Origin: Gemmatimonadota bacterium | GTDB lineage: Bacteria > Gemmatimonadota > Gemmatimonadetes > Gemmatimonadales > Gemmatimonadaceae | DNA length: 64,000 bases | Reading direction: 5' to 3' | Assembly (NCBI GenBank): GCA_040389905.1 | Contig: JAZJZK010000004.1 | Location: 28,530 to 92,529 of the forward strand | In this document: piece after piece, positions 8,569 through 18,393 of the stretch | How positions within the stretch are numbered: position 1 is the first letter of the stretch | Layout of the letters: every line of letters starts with the position of its first letter | The notes under the pieces: generated by a model | Database searches by the model: none | What the model was told of the DNA's origin: nothing | What the model saw: the letters and a program-made list of their open reading frames with translations, nothing else | Position numbers and translations under genes: made by a program

Positions 8569-11500
8569 TCAGCGACGCCACGCGAGGACGCATGGAAGGC
8601 GTCCCGGGAACGCCTGACGAAGCAGCGCGTAGCCAACGCCGGCACTGCCCTGAAAGAAACCGGGAAAGAGGGCTTCCCGCGGCAATCCTGGCAACAGCTC
8701 ATAGCTGCCGGCGTCCGCCTTTTCGAGAACGCGACTTGTCAGCTCCCGAGCCTCCGCCGCGAGATCCGCGCGCCCGAGATCGACCGCTGCTTCGAGGAGA
8801 ATGTCCGCCCTCCCCATGTTCCCGCAACACAGTTGGTCTACGCCTTCAAGTCCGTGGGCGCGCGTCGTGGACAGTGCAATGTCCAAGTCTTCACGCACTG
8901 CTGCGGTGTCGAGCGCGTGGAGTCCCACAAGACGCCCGAGTGCGATGCCGGGAGCGCCATGACACCACGACGTCCAGATCGAGGGACCTCCATCCGGCGC
9001 TGATTCGCCGAGTCGCGGCCAGTTGCCGTGGGCGGTCAGGAACAGCGTGCGCTCGTACGCTACGGCCTGCTCGGCTGCCGTGACCAGCGTCTCATCCGGC
9101 CCGAGGGCGTGCACTCGCAACAGCGCTGCGGCAATGCCAGCCGCCCCGTGTGAAAAGCCGGCGAACGGAAGGTCACGGATCGTATTCCACGCACGTAGTC
9201 CCTGCCCCGGAACGACGCTTTTCGCAACGAGGTGACGAGCACACAGCTGCGCGCGCGCGAGGGCGTTCACGTCCCCGGATGCCTCGTAGAGCGCAAGCAA
9301 TCCGAGCGCCGCGCCCGCACTTCCGGCAATCACATCGAGCTGTGTGTCGGCCGCGACGATCGTCTCGTCAATGAGCGTTGCCGCCGTACGTGCCGCGTTC
9401 AACAGCAATGGTTCACCCAGCCACTCGCCAACCAGGGTAAGAACGTAGATCGTGGAGCCAATGCCATCTGCTCCGCCAATCCCTACGGCTGAGCGAAGAC
9501 GTTGGGGCTGGCGATGCAACTCCTCACGAAGCGGTTGAAGTGCCTCCAATGCCCACGTTCGCCATTCCTCCGACGCCGTGATGCGCCACAACGCCGCGAA
9601 GAAGAGTCCCACACCGGCACATCCGCTGTAGAGACCGTAACCCAGCGGATGCATTTCGTAACGCCCTGCCTGCGGGAAAAACTGCACGGCGATCCACGAT
9701 GCGCCGCCGTGCGGTGCACGCACGGCGTTGTTGACCAGCTCGCGAGCGATGGCAACCGCGCGAGCCACGAGCATCTCCGGCTCGAGCGTTCCAGAGGGTC
9801 GTGCTGCAACGGCGGGCGAAGCGACGGTATCACTCGGGCGCGGCTCCCGCGCCACGCGAAGGTGCAGTGTCGCACGAATGAACGAGACTTGGCGCTCGCA
9901 GTCCTCGAGGCTCAGCGCCGCGATTCTCGCCCGTGCGCGCGCTGCAGGTGAGACCCCGAAGCAGTCTGGCACTTCCCCATGTTCGCCCAGCGGAAGCGAC
10001 CTGGAACCAGCATTCGCGACGAAGAGCGGAATATCCGCGCGCTCGAGTGCCTCGGCCTCGGCTTTCCGCACGGGCCAGAAAGCGTGCAGTGACGGATTCT
10101 CAACGAGGATTCTGCTCGGCGCATCGATCGCCGTGGATCGATCGACACCATCGCGAAGCAACGTCCGATTGTAGGATGCGTTCAGGTTGAGGAAGTACTC
10201 GCGCGTCGCCCGGAACAGGAAACGCACCCGCTCACTCTCGAGCCCTTCCAATGGGCCACCGCGATCGAGAAGCGCGTCGCGATTACGCAGCAACAATTGG
10301 TAAAGCCCGCGGAAACCTTTGACGAGAGAGTCGGCATAGTCCACCGGTGACAACGCGCGGTCGTCCAGGATGACAACGTTTTGCTGCGGCTGTGCATCCA
10401 CGTGTTCACGGACGAGACGCATGTCGTCGGTGTTTGGATGTTGCCACGTGGCCATCCGATCGAGCGTCTTCTGATCGCCGCCACCCCCGAGGGCGCTGAT
10501 GTCTTGACTGCTTCCATCTGGTCCGAATACCCAGCGCGGGAGCAGGCCGACTGACAGCACCGTGTCTGCGAGCATTCGGTCGGCGACGACGAATGCCGTG
10601 GGCTCCTGCTCAGCCCCACCATTGAGCGGACGCTCTTCGTGCGAGACCAGCATCTCGAGGTCAATGAGCATCGGTTGCTCGCCGCTCGCCACGAGGTTCT
10701 GGTCGTGGAGGTCCGTTGTGCCAAGCGCATGCATGAGCGCGAGGATCATTCCGGCGCGCTCATAGTATCGTTCCGCCTCGGCGACGTCAGCACAGGCGCG
10801 CTGTTCGGCGAACTCCACCCAGCCGTGGGTTGGCCTGGCGAGAACCTTGAGTGGCCGAAGCGGCGGCGACGCACCGCGATCATTGGCCCACTGCAGCAAC
10901 CGGAACCAGCGGGACTCCAACGCCAAATCGCGCGGTTTGTAAACGACACGCAACCCAGAAGCAAATGTCACAATTGCCACAGTACGCCCGCCGCTGTGCG
11001 CATCGGAAAGTCCAGCGTTCGCCGACACGACGCCGCCAATGTCCACCCCGTCGGCGAAGAGCGCTTGAATATCGTTCTTATCTGCAACGAGCCGATCGAT
11101 TGTCTCCTGTGTCACGTCAATCCACTGATCAGTCACCGTGGCGGTGAGGCGCGCGGCAACGGGAAAGCGTCTGAAGAATTCGGTCAGCCCTCCGGTGCGC
11201 ATCCGCTCCAACCAACGCCTGTAGAGGTGCTGCGGCGGGGTGCGCTTCCCCGCGAGTCCGCGCTCGAGGGGTGATTGCTGCGCCGCGCGAAATGCGAAGA
11301 ACTCCTGGACGAGCGCGTTGGCGCAGATGCTCGAGATCGAGCGTAGCAGGTCCTGCTCGAAGGCGGCGAGCGCGACGTCCGACATGGTGCTCGCCCTGGT
11401 GCGTGCTGCGAGGCGAGTCCGTGCGAAACGCACGAACGGGAGAAGCGCCTCCTCCATCGGGACCGGGCGCAGCGGATCCATACTGCGGTCCGTTTCTACC

Positions 11501-11802
11501 CATGACTCGTCGGATAGCACGGCAGCGAGTGTCGCGGTCCACGCGGGGAGCGGCGTGTCCGCTGGAAGACGCACCTTGCCGAAGAGTCGGCGCGCGTCGG
11601 CGGGTGTCAAACCATCCATCGCCAGACGGCGCTCGAACAGGGCTTGGTCTCCACCGGCAACGAAGCGACGCCACCGTTCGAATCGCGAGTCGACGTCGGC
11701 CGCACGCGCTGGCTCGTCTTCGAGAATGGTGCCAACGGCGAGCCGCTCCGTGAGAGAAGTAGCGCGCGCGACTATCTCCCTCAGCTCCGCATCGGACAAC
11801 AT
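8569..11802 (-). CDS. lanM: Class II lanthipeptide synthetase LanM
   Basis: Dehydratase motifs VYKPR, DLHDQN, LIDLE, RFLFRATREY; cyclase motifs GLYSG.AG, GFSHGAAG, SWCHGAPG, LCCGNMG, GFFQGSAGVGY. Confidence 0.95.
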   Translation of the reverse strand: MLSDAELREIVARATSLTERLAVGTILEDEPARAADVDSRFERWRRFVAGGDQALFERRLAMDGLTPADARRLFGKVRLPADTPLPAWTATLAAVLSDESWVETDRSMDPLRPVPMEEALLPFVRFARTRLAARTRASTMSDVALAAFEQDLLRSISSICANALVQEFFAFRAAQQSPLERGLAGKRTPPQHLYRRWLERMRTGGLTEFFRRFPVAARLTATVTDQWIDVTQETIDRLVADKNDIQALFADGVDIGGVVSANAGLSDAHSGGRTVAIVTFASGLRVVYKPRDLALESRWFRLLQWANDRGASPPLRPLKVLARPTHGWVEFAEQRACADVAEAERYYERAGMILALMHALGTTDLHDQNLVASGEQPMLIDLEMLVSHEERPLNGGAEQEPTAFVVADRMLADTVLSVGLLPRWVFGPDGSSQDISALGGGGDQKTLDRMATWQHPNTDDMRLVREHVDAQPQQNVVILDDRALSPVDYADSLVKGFRGLYQLLLRNRDALLDRGGPLEGLESERVRFLFRATREYFLNLNASYNRTLLRDGVDRSTAIDAPSRILVENPSLHAFWPVRKAEAEALERADIPLFVANAGSRSLPLGEHGEVPDCFGVSPAARARARIAALSLEDCERQVSFIRATLHLRVAREPRPSDTVASPAVAARPSGTLEPEMLVARAVAIARELVNNAVRAPHGGASWIAVQFFPQAGRYEMHPLGYGLYSGCAGVGLFFAALWRITASEEWRTWALEALQPLREELHRQPQRLRSAVGIGGADGIGSTIYVLTLVGEWLGEPLLLNAARTAATLIDETIVAADTQLDVIAGSAGAALGLLALYEASGDVNALARAQLCARHLVAKSVVPGQGLRAWNTIRDLPFAGFSHGAAGIAAALLRVHALGPDETLVTAAEQAVAYERTLFLTAHGNWPRLGESAPDGGPSIWTSWCHGAPGIALGRLVGLHALDTAAVREDLDIALSTTRAHGLEGVDQLCCGNMGRADILLEAAVDLGRADLAAEARELTSRVLEKADAGSYELLPGLPREALFPGFFQGSAGVGYALLRQAFPGRLPCVLAWRR

Positions 11803-11811
11803 CGCGTGGTC

Positions 11812-13287
11812 CTAGGGATTCGTGTAAGCGCGGACCGACTGGCCCGTGTCTGCTCGATAGCGCACCACGGCATTCACGAGGTCGAACCACGCGCGCGCCT
11901 CCTCGAACTCTGCCTGTGACTCTTGCTCCTCGTACTGAAGAAGGCGGAAGATATCCGAAAGTCCCAGAGCGAGTCGCTCGCGCTCCCCCTCATACTGCTC
12001 CCGCGCGAGCCGCATTGCCTCGGTACTGCGGGTCAACCGCTGGCGTCCAATCGTGATGCCGCGATACGCGGACCGAACTTCCACGCGGGTGGCATTCTCT
12101 GCCTGCAGGAGCGCCAACGAAGCGCCTTTCGCAATGGCATCCGCGCGCTCGGCTTCTGCCTTGGCCGCATGGTTCCCGATTGGGTACGTGACGAGAAGTC
12201 CCGCGCGCCAGTCGGTCAACCGTGCCTCATTCGCATCACGCGCCGAGAATCCGGCGGCGTCTCTCGTGAACGCGAGCGTGGAAAACCCTGCGGCCAGCCC
12301 AACGGACGGCCGAAGGTTGTCGCGTGCGAGGTCCAGCAACACGCGGCTTTGATCCAACTCGCTTCGCGCCACGGCGATATCCGGCCGCTCGGTCAGCGCG
12401 GCGCTCACCGTCGTACCAAGTGGAGGCAATTCGGGAATGACGACTGCCGTATCGACCGCGAGCAGAAACTCGTCGTCCTTGAGCAATTCTGCGGGCGCGT
12501 TCTCTCCATACACCGCAAAGACCAGCGCATCCTGTGCATCATGCCGTGCCTGCATGAGCCTCAACAGCGCCGCCTGGCGAGAGGTAACGCCAAGTCGAGC
12601 GGTCGTGAGGTCGATCTCCGTGATCCGGCCGATGCGACGCAGTTCGAGGTTCGCCACGAGCAGATCCTCAGCCCGTTTGAGCGAGCGTTCTTCTACGGCC
12701 TGCGCCCGTTCCTGCTCGACGAGTAGGTAATACGCCGCTTCGATACGCGCTACCGTCTCGTTCTGGATTTGCGCCAGGCGGGCGCGCGCGGCATCGACGC
12801 CGAATTCCGCGGCGCGCGTCGGAGCCGTGGTCGCTCGGCTGCGGAATCCGCGCAGCAGCGGCTGCACCACGCTGGCCGAGAAAGTGTTCTGGGCGAGCGG
12901 TTCTCCGGGGAGCGCAGACTGGAAGCCCGTGCCGACCTGATAGGTAGTGCCGGTGCGCAACGCACCCTGCACCGCTCCCGTGTAAAGCCGACTCGCCAAC
13001 TCGGAGCTTTGGCCGGCCAGCACGCGTCCATTGGAGGTGTAGGTCGGTCCAATCTGAATGGCCGGATCGAACGCCGATTGCGCGGCAAGGACGGCACTCG
13101 ATGACGCACGCGCGCTGACGCCCGCCTGACGAACATCGAGGTTTCGCTGCAGCGCGATGCGCACCATGTCTGCGAGACGAATGCGGAGCGTGTCGTCGTG
13201 CACCGATTCGTCATGCGCCGGTTGAGCCATCGCGCGACTGGCCAGGAGCGACGCGAGAAGAATCGCGGCAGCGTGTCGTCGCGTCAT
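11812..13287 (-). CDS. TolC-family outer membrane efflux protein
   Basis: Signal peptide, ALQRNLD, ERPDI..AR, repeated OEP halves; coupled to the ABC genes. Confidence 0.88.
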   Translation of the reverse strand: MTRRHAAAILLASLLASRAMAQPAHDESVHDDTLRIRLADMVRIALQRNLDVRQAGVSARASSSAVLAAQSAFDPAIQIGPTYTSNGRVLAGQSSELASRLYTGAVQGALRTGTTYQVGTGFQSALPGEPLAQNTFSASVVQPLLRGFRSRATTAPTRAAEFGVDAARARLAQIQNETVARIEAAYYLLVEQERAQAVEERSLKRAEDLLVANLELRRIGRITEIDLTTARLGVTSRQAALLRLMQARHDAQDALVFAVYGENAPAELLKDDEFLLAVDTAVVIPELPPLGTTVSAALTERPDIAVARSELDQSRVLLDLARDNLRPSVGLAAGFSTLAFTRDAAGFSARDANEARLTDWRAGLLVTYPIGNHAAKAEAERADAIAKGASLALLQAENATRVEVRSAYRGITIGRQRLTRSTEAMRLAREQYEGERERLALGLSDIFRLLQYEEQESQAEFEEARAWFDLVNAVVRYRADTGQSVRAYTNP

Positions 13288-16193
13288 GTGGTCTGCCGAG
13301 CCGCCAGCTTGGCGAACAGACCATCGCGCGCCACGAGGTCTTCGTAACGACCCTCCTCCACAATGCGGCCTTCGTGCATGCTGAAGATGCGATCGGCGTT
13401 CCTGATGGTGGAGAGACGATGCGCGATCACCACGCGAGTCGCCTGAAGCCGCTCGAGACTCTTGCTCACGGTTTCCTGCGTCCGGTTGTCGAGGGCACTT
13501 GTTGCTTCGTCGAAGAAGATGATACGCGGCTTCTTCACGAGGGCTCGCGCGATCAGCAGCCGCTGACGCTGGCCACCCGACAACGCCGTCGCGCCCTCAC
13601 TGAGCACCGTATGCATTCCCATTGGCATGAGCCGAATGTCATTCGCAAGTCCCGCCATCTCCGCCGCCTCCCACACGTCGTCCAGACTCAGCGGAGCCGC
13701 GCCCGCGATGTTGGTGAAGATGTCACCGGCGAGGATGCGACTCTGCTGTAACACAACGGCACATTGGCTGCGGACCGCTGAGACGTCCACGGAGGAAAGG
13801 TCCTGCCCGTCAAAGATGACGGCTCCACGCTCGGGACGTTCGAAGCCTAGGAGGAGCCGCAGGATGGTGGACTTCCCTGCCCCTGATGCGCCAACGAATG
13901 CCACGAATTCGCCTGGCCGTATCTGGAATGAGACGTCCGAGAGGATGGGCGGCCCGTCGGCGAGATAGCGGAACGTGACGTGTGATACCTCGATCCGTCC
14001 GGTCAAGAGGCCCGGGTCGGGCTTGAGCTCGTCCACCTCGGGCGGCGTGACCAGGATCGGCCGTGCGCGCTCCAACATCGGAATGATGTTCAGCAGACTG
14101 ACGGCTGTGGTACTCATCTGCGTGCCAGCGGTCAGGAACGCACCGAACGCCGCATAGAACGCCATGAAGTCTCCGGTCGAAAGCGTCTGGCCGGCCCCGG
14201 CGTCCGAGCCGGAGATGAACACGAGAAAGAGGACGATCGCCGCGACCGTCGGAAGCGTTTCGTTGAACACGGTGACGGCCGCCTGACTGAGCCCCATGCG
14301 GTAGGACACCGCCTTCTGGTCGCGGAAGATGGCGCCCCACACGGCAAAGGCACGACGCTCAGCGGCCGCGACGCGAAGCTTCGCGATGCCGCCGAGGATC
14401 TGGAAAAGCAGCGCGCCCACTCGTCCCTGTATTTCCTGCCGTTGTCGCTCGAGCCGGAGGGTGTGCACACCTAACGCGCCAGTGACGAGGACAGAGACGA
14501 CGAACACGCCAAGTGCGACGAGCGCCAACTTGCCGCTGTACTTGATCATCAGAAACAGGTTTGCCACTACGAGCATGCCGCCGAGCAACGCAGTGATGGC
14601 GGCGCCGCTGAGGAGTTCTCGCACGCCGTTGATGGCCCCCGCACGAAGCGACAGATCGCCGACGCTGAAGCGCCGGAAGAATGGGACCGGAAGCGCGAAC
14701 AACCGATCCACGAGTGCGGCTTGGAGCGTCGCGTTGGAACGTCCTTCGAAGCGCACGAGCGCCATCGCGCGCGCGAGATCCACCAGGCCGCCGCCAATCG
14801 CCATACCAGCCAGTGCGCCAAACAACGCGAGCGCATTGCTGATCTGCGCACTCGGAATGACGGCGTCGAAAATCTTCTGCGTGGAGATCGGAAGCGCGAG
14901 ACTCAGGAGGCTCGATGCCACCGCAAACAGCAGAACGCGTCGAAGATCGATCCATGCCTCGATGCCCGCCACGCGGGCAAGCACTTTGAGATCGATCGGT
15001 CCACTCGGCGCGGGGCGGTAGAACATGTATCCCACCGCCTCGAGCGTGCCGGCCACTTCCTTCGTCACGATTTCACTCGTTCCGGTGGCTGGGTCGCGGA
15101 GCGTGTAGATCCCTTCGACCGAGGAGAGCAGCGCGACGGGAGCATTCCCTTCCGAACGGTAAGCGAGGAGGGGCCCGCAATCCGTGCTCCACCACTCGCC
15201 GCGCAGGACCACCCGCCGATGGCGGACGCGCGAAGCCCGACAGATCGCGCCGAGGCGGTCGCGCCAACGTCCGCTCTCCTCCCAGCTTGGCGGCGCCCGG
15301 AAAACGATGCGTGCGGAATCACCAACAAGCCGACACGCCGCGAGCAGCGGATCCGACGTTTCGAGCAACGGTGGAGCAGCGCCGCGGGAGGTGCCGAGGA
15401 CACTCGCGAGGCCAGTCATGCTCAGCGCCTCGAGTTCTCGCTCCTGATCCGCCTTCCGTCGCAGCCGCTCGCGATCGGCCTGCATCGCGCTCGCGGTACC
15501 TTTCGCCGCCCAGGAGAGAAACGCGCCGCGGACGATCTTCAGCGCCGGCCGCACATTGCCGTGTGCCAAGGCGTTTTCGGTGCTCACCGCGGTGAGCGTG
15601 GCCTTGGCAGACGTGACGGAGTACCACATGCCGCGCGCCAACGGCAGCGCGGCGCTAGCCTCCAGAGGCACATCATTGGCGAAGGCAAGCTCGCCGTCGC
15701 TGGCAGAAATCCAGCACACTGCGCGCGGCGCTCCAACCGACGCAGCGCGTTGGAGGCTGAGCGGTTCCGCGTCGAGTTCGATATCCACCACTGGTCCGTG
15801 CGACGTGGCCGCCATCGCGCGGGCGAACGTTTCAGCGACTCGCTCGGCAAGCGGTGCCGACCAGCCGCTGTGATCGTCGAGCGCCGATTCCGGAACCGCA
15901 CGGATCCGAGCCGCGCCGGCCGCAACAGCGATCAGCGTCGCGGTGCCGTCTGTGGTGCCTCCGCCGAGGACCACCTCGTTCGCCCAGAGCGTCGTGAGAA
16001 AGTGGAGCGGCCCGAATTCGCCGTCCGGCCTCTTTTCCGCGAAAAAGATGTCGACTTCACCCTTGAGCACGACCCAGAGTGTGTCCGGATCATCGAGTGG
16101 GAGTGGCGTGTTCCCGGGTAGCGTGCGCACTGCCCCCGGCAATGCCGCGTCGCTCAGTTGCGGCTGGATGAGGTCTGACCTCGCTTGGCGCAC
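13284..16193 (-). CDS. NHLP bacteriocin system ABC transporter, permease/ATP-binding protein (no peptidase domain)
   Basis: Long N-terminal region with L.G.WW..D.GPLL, TM domain, Walker A GASGAGKS, LSGGQRQR, FDEATSALDN; GTG start at 16193 inferred from GGGAGAG RBS. Confidence 0.9.
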   Translation of the reverse strand: MRQARSDLIQPQLSDAALPGAVRTLPGNTPLPLDDPDTLWVVLKGEVDIFFAEKRPDGEFGPLHFLTTLWANEVVLGGGTTDGTATLIAVAAGAARIRAVPESALDDHSGWSAPLAERVAETFARAMAATSHGPVVDIELDAEPLSLQRAASVGAPRAVCWISASDGELAFANDVPLEASAALPLARGMWYSVTSAKATLTAVSTENALAHGNVRPALKIVRGAFLSWAAKGTASAMQADRERLRRKADQERELEALSMTGLASVLGTSRGAAPPLLETSDPLLAACRLVGDSARIVFRAPPSWEESGRWRDRLGAICRASRVRHRRVVLRGEWWSTDCGPLLAYRSEGNAPVALLSSVEGIYTLRDPATGTSEIVTKEVAGTLEAVGYMFYRPAPSGPIDLKVLARVAGIEAWIDLRRVLLFAVASSLLSLALPISTQKIFDAVIPSAQISNALALFGALAGMAIGGGLVDLARAMALVRFEGRSNATLQAALVDRLFALPVPFFRRFSVGDLSLRAGAINGVRELLSGAAITALLGGMLVVANLFLMIKYSGKLALVALGVFVVSVLVTGALGVHTLRLERQRQEIQGRVGALLFQILGGIAKLRVAAAERRAFAVWGAIFRDQKAVSYRMGLSQAAVTVFNETLPTVAAIVLFLVFISGSDAGAGQTLSTGDFMAFYAAFGAFLTAGTQMSTTAVSLLNIIPMLERARPILVTPPEVDELKPDPGLLTGRIEVSHVTFRYLADGPPILSDVSFQIRPGEFVAFVGASGAGKSTILRLLLGFERPERGAVIFDGQDLSSVDVSAVRSQCAVVLQQSRILAGDIFTNIAGAAPLSLDDVWEAAEMAGLANDIRLMPMGMHTVLSEGATALSGGQRQRLLIARALVKKPRIIFFDEATSALDNRTQETVSKSLERLQATRVVIAHRLSTIRNADRIFSMHEGRIVEEGRYEDLVARDGLFAKLAARQTT

Positions 16194-16194
16194 G

Positions 16195-18393
16195 CTAGCT
16201 CTCCCGGGCGAGCGTGGCATACAGGCCGTCCGGATCACGCATCAGCGTGTCGTGCGTGCCTCGCTGTACCACAGCACCTTCCTTGAGCACAACGATTTCG
16301 TCGGCATCGCGGATCGTCGACAGCCGGTGCGCGATGATGACGCATGTGCAGCCGCGCCGACGCAAGCTCCTGTCGATTTTGTGCTCGGTGACCGAGTCGA
16401 GCGCGCTCGTGGCTTCGTCCAGCACCAGCAGCCGAGGAGAAAGCACCAACGCGCGTGCAATTTCCAGCCGTTGCCGCTGGCCGCCGCTGAAGTTGGCTCC
16501 GGCTTCCTCGACCTGGCTCTCGTACGCGCCCGGCCGAGACATGATGTCGTCGTGAATCGACGCATCGCGGCAGGCCTGCATGAGCACCGCCTCGGGAACC
16601 GTCGAGTCCCAGAGGGTCAGGTTCTCGCGGATGGTCCCGGCAAACAGCGAAATCTCCTGGTCCACCAGCGCGACAGAATTCGCGAGCACGCGTCGCGGCC
16701 ACGCCGTACGCGCCTTGCCGTCGAACAGCACGTCCCCTTCCCACGGGTCGTAGAGACCCGTAGCCAGTCGTGCCACTGTGCTCTTTCCGCAGCCCGACGG
16801 GCCAACGAGCGCAACACGACGCCCCGACCGCATGCGTAAATCAAAGTTCTTGAGCAGCGGCGCCGCCTGCCTCGAATAACCGAAGGTGACACTGCGGAGC
16901 TCGAATGCCCCTTCGAGCCGGTCTTCCGCGCCTTCCTGATCCTCTGCCGCGGTGAGCCCAATCCGGCTGTCCGCCGGGTATTCCAACACGTCCTGCACTC
17001 GTTCCATGTTGCCGTGCATTTCCTGGACGGAGCTCGCGAGCTGCACGAACGACGCGACGGGTTGAAGGAAGCTGGCCATCAAGCTCTGAAACGCGACGAG
17101 CATTCCAATGGTGAGATCACCCTCGATGACGCGATACGCGCCGAACGTGAGGACGATCGCATTGGTCATGGTGATCGTGAACGCCGGCACCACGAGGAAG
17201 GATTGCGTGACACGCGCCAACGACTGTTGCGCCATGAGATACTTCGCCTGATAGCCGGCCCATCGCGCGAACACGTCACTTTCCGAAGCGCCGGCCTTGA
17301 GCGTCTCGATCGCGCTGAGTCCTGCCATCAGTGTTCCCGTGGACTTTCCTGCCTCCTGCAGCACGCGGCGATTGCCGTCGACTCTGCGCCGGTTGACGAC
17401 GACCGTCGATCCCGCCAGCACGGCGACCGCCAGCACGCCGAACAGGGTGAGCAGCGGATCGTACGCCAACATCAAGGCGGCGTAAAACACGACGAGCAGG
17501 GCGTCGATCGCCGTCGAGGCCAGCTTGCGCGACACGAATTCCGAGATGGTGTCGTTGATCGCCACACGCGAGCTGATCTCGCCGCTGTAGCGTTGCGCAT
17601 AGAACTCGACAGGAAGCCGGAGCAGATGCGAGAGGAAGCGACTCGAGGAGCTGATGGAAAGCTTCGTATCGAGCCGCAACAGGTAGTAGTGTTGCAGCCA
17701 CCCGAGGGCCGCGCGCACGACGGCGGTCAGCCCCATGCCCAGCAGCAGCGGACGGAGCCAGTCGCGCAGGTTATGCACGAGCACCTGATCGACGAACACC
17801 TGCGTGAATGCAGGAAGCGCGAGTCCCGGTACGACCAGCGCGAGGCCGGCAAGCAGCGCAAACGTCAGGGCATTCTCGGAACCGCGGACACGCTCGCGCA
17901 GGAGCGCGACGAGATTTGGCGGCGCGCCACCCGGCGTGAATTCGGATGTGCGCGCGAACTCGAGGACGACTCCAGTGAAGCCCTGATCGAACTCGTCCTT
18001 CGTGATGCTATAGGGGCCCTGCGCCGGGTCGTTGAGGTAGTAGCGATCGTCGAGGACGCCCTCGAGGACGAGAAAGTGATTGAAGTTCCAGAAGACGATG
18101 GCTGGAAATACGGTGCGGCCCATGTCCTTCAGCTCGCGCCGGAACCCCTTCGCCTCCAGTCCGTAACTTCGTGCAGCTCGCAAAAGAACCGCGGCGTTCG
18201 AGCCGTCGCGCGAAACACCGCAGGCAATGCGCAACTCCTCGAGTGGCACGCGACGTCCGTGAAACGCGAGCACCATTGCGAGTGAGGCTGCACCGCACTC
18301 GACCGCCTCCATTTGGAGGATGGTCGGCGTTCTGACACGCGTACCTTCTGGGCGGCGGGGGAAAAACGCCCGCAGCCGCTGCAGCCTAGACAC
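16195..18393 (-). CDS. NHLP bacteriocin system ABC transporter with C39 peptidase domain (LanT-like)
   Basis: TPTILQMEAVECGAASL, CGVSRDGS, WNFNHF, NDPA.G; Walker A GPSGCGKS; FSGGQRQR; start approximate. Confidence 0.93.
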   Translation of the reverse strand: MSRLQRLRAFFPRRPEGTRVRTPTILQMEAVECGAASLAMVLAFHGRRVPLEELRIACGVSRDGSNAAVLLRAARSYGLEAKGFRRELKDMGRTVFPAIVFWNFNHFLVLEGVLDDRYYLNDPAQGPYSITKDEFDQGFTGVVLEFARTSEFTPGGAPPNLVALLRERVRGSENALTFALLAGLALVVPGLALPAFTQVFVDQVLVHNLRDWLRPLLLGMGLTAVVRAALGWLQHYYLLRLDTKLSISSSSRFLSHLLRLPVEFYAQRYSGEISSRVAINDTISEFVSRKLASTAIDALLVVFYAALMLAYDPLLTLFGVLAVAVLAGSTVVVNRRRVDGNRRVLQEAGKSTGTLMAGLSAIETLKAGASESDVFARWAGYQAKYLMAQQSLARVTQSFLVVPAFTITMTNAIVLTFGAYRVIEGDLTIGMLVAFQSLMASFLQPVASFVQLASSVQEMHGNMERVQDVLEYPADSRIGLTAAEDQEGAEDRLEGAFELRSVTFGYSRQAAPLLKNFDLRMRSGRRVALVGPSGCGKSTVARLATGLYDPWEGDVLFDGKARTAWPRRVLANSVALVDQEISLFAGTIRENLTLWDSTVPEAVLMQACRDASIHDDIMSRPGAYESQVEEAGANFSGGQRQRLEIARALVLSPRLLVLDEATSALDSVTEHKIDRSLRRRGCTCVIIAHRLSTIRDADEIVVLKEGAVVQRGTHDTLMRDPDGLYATLARES

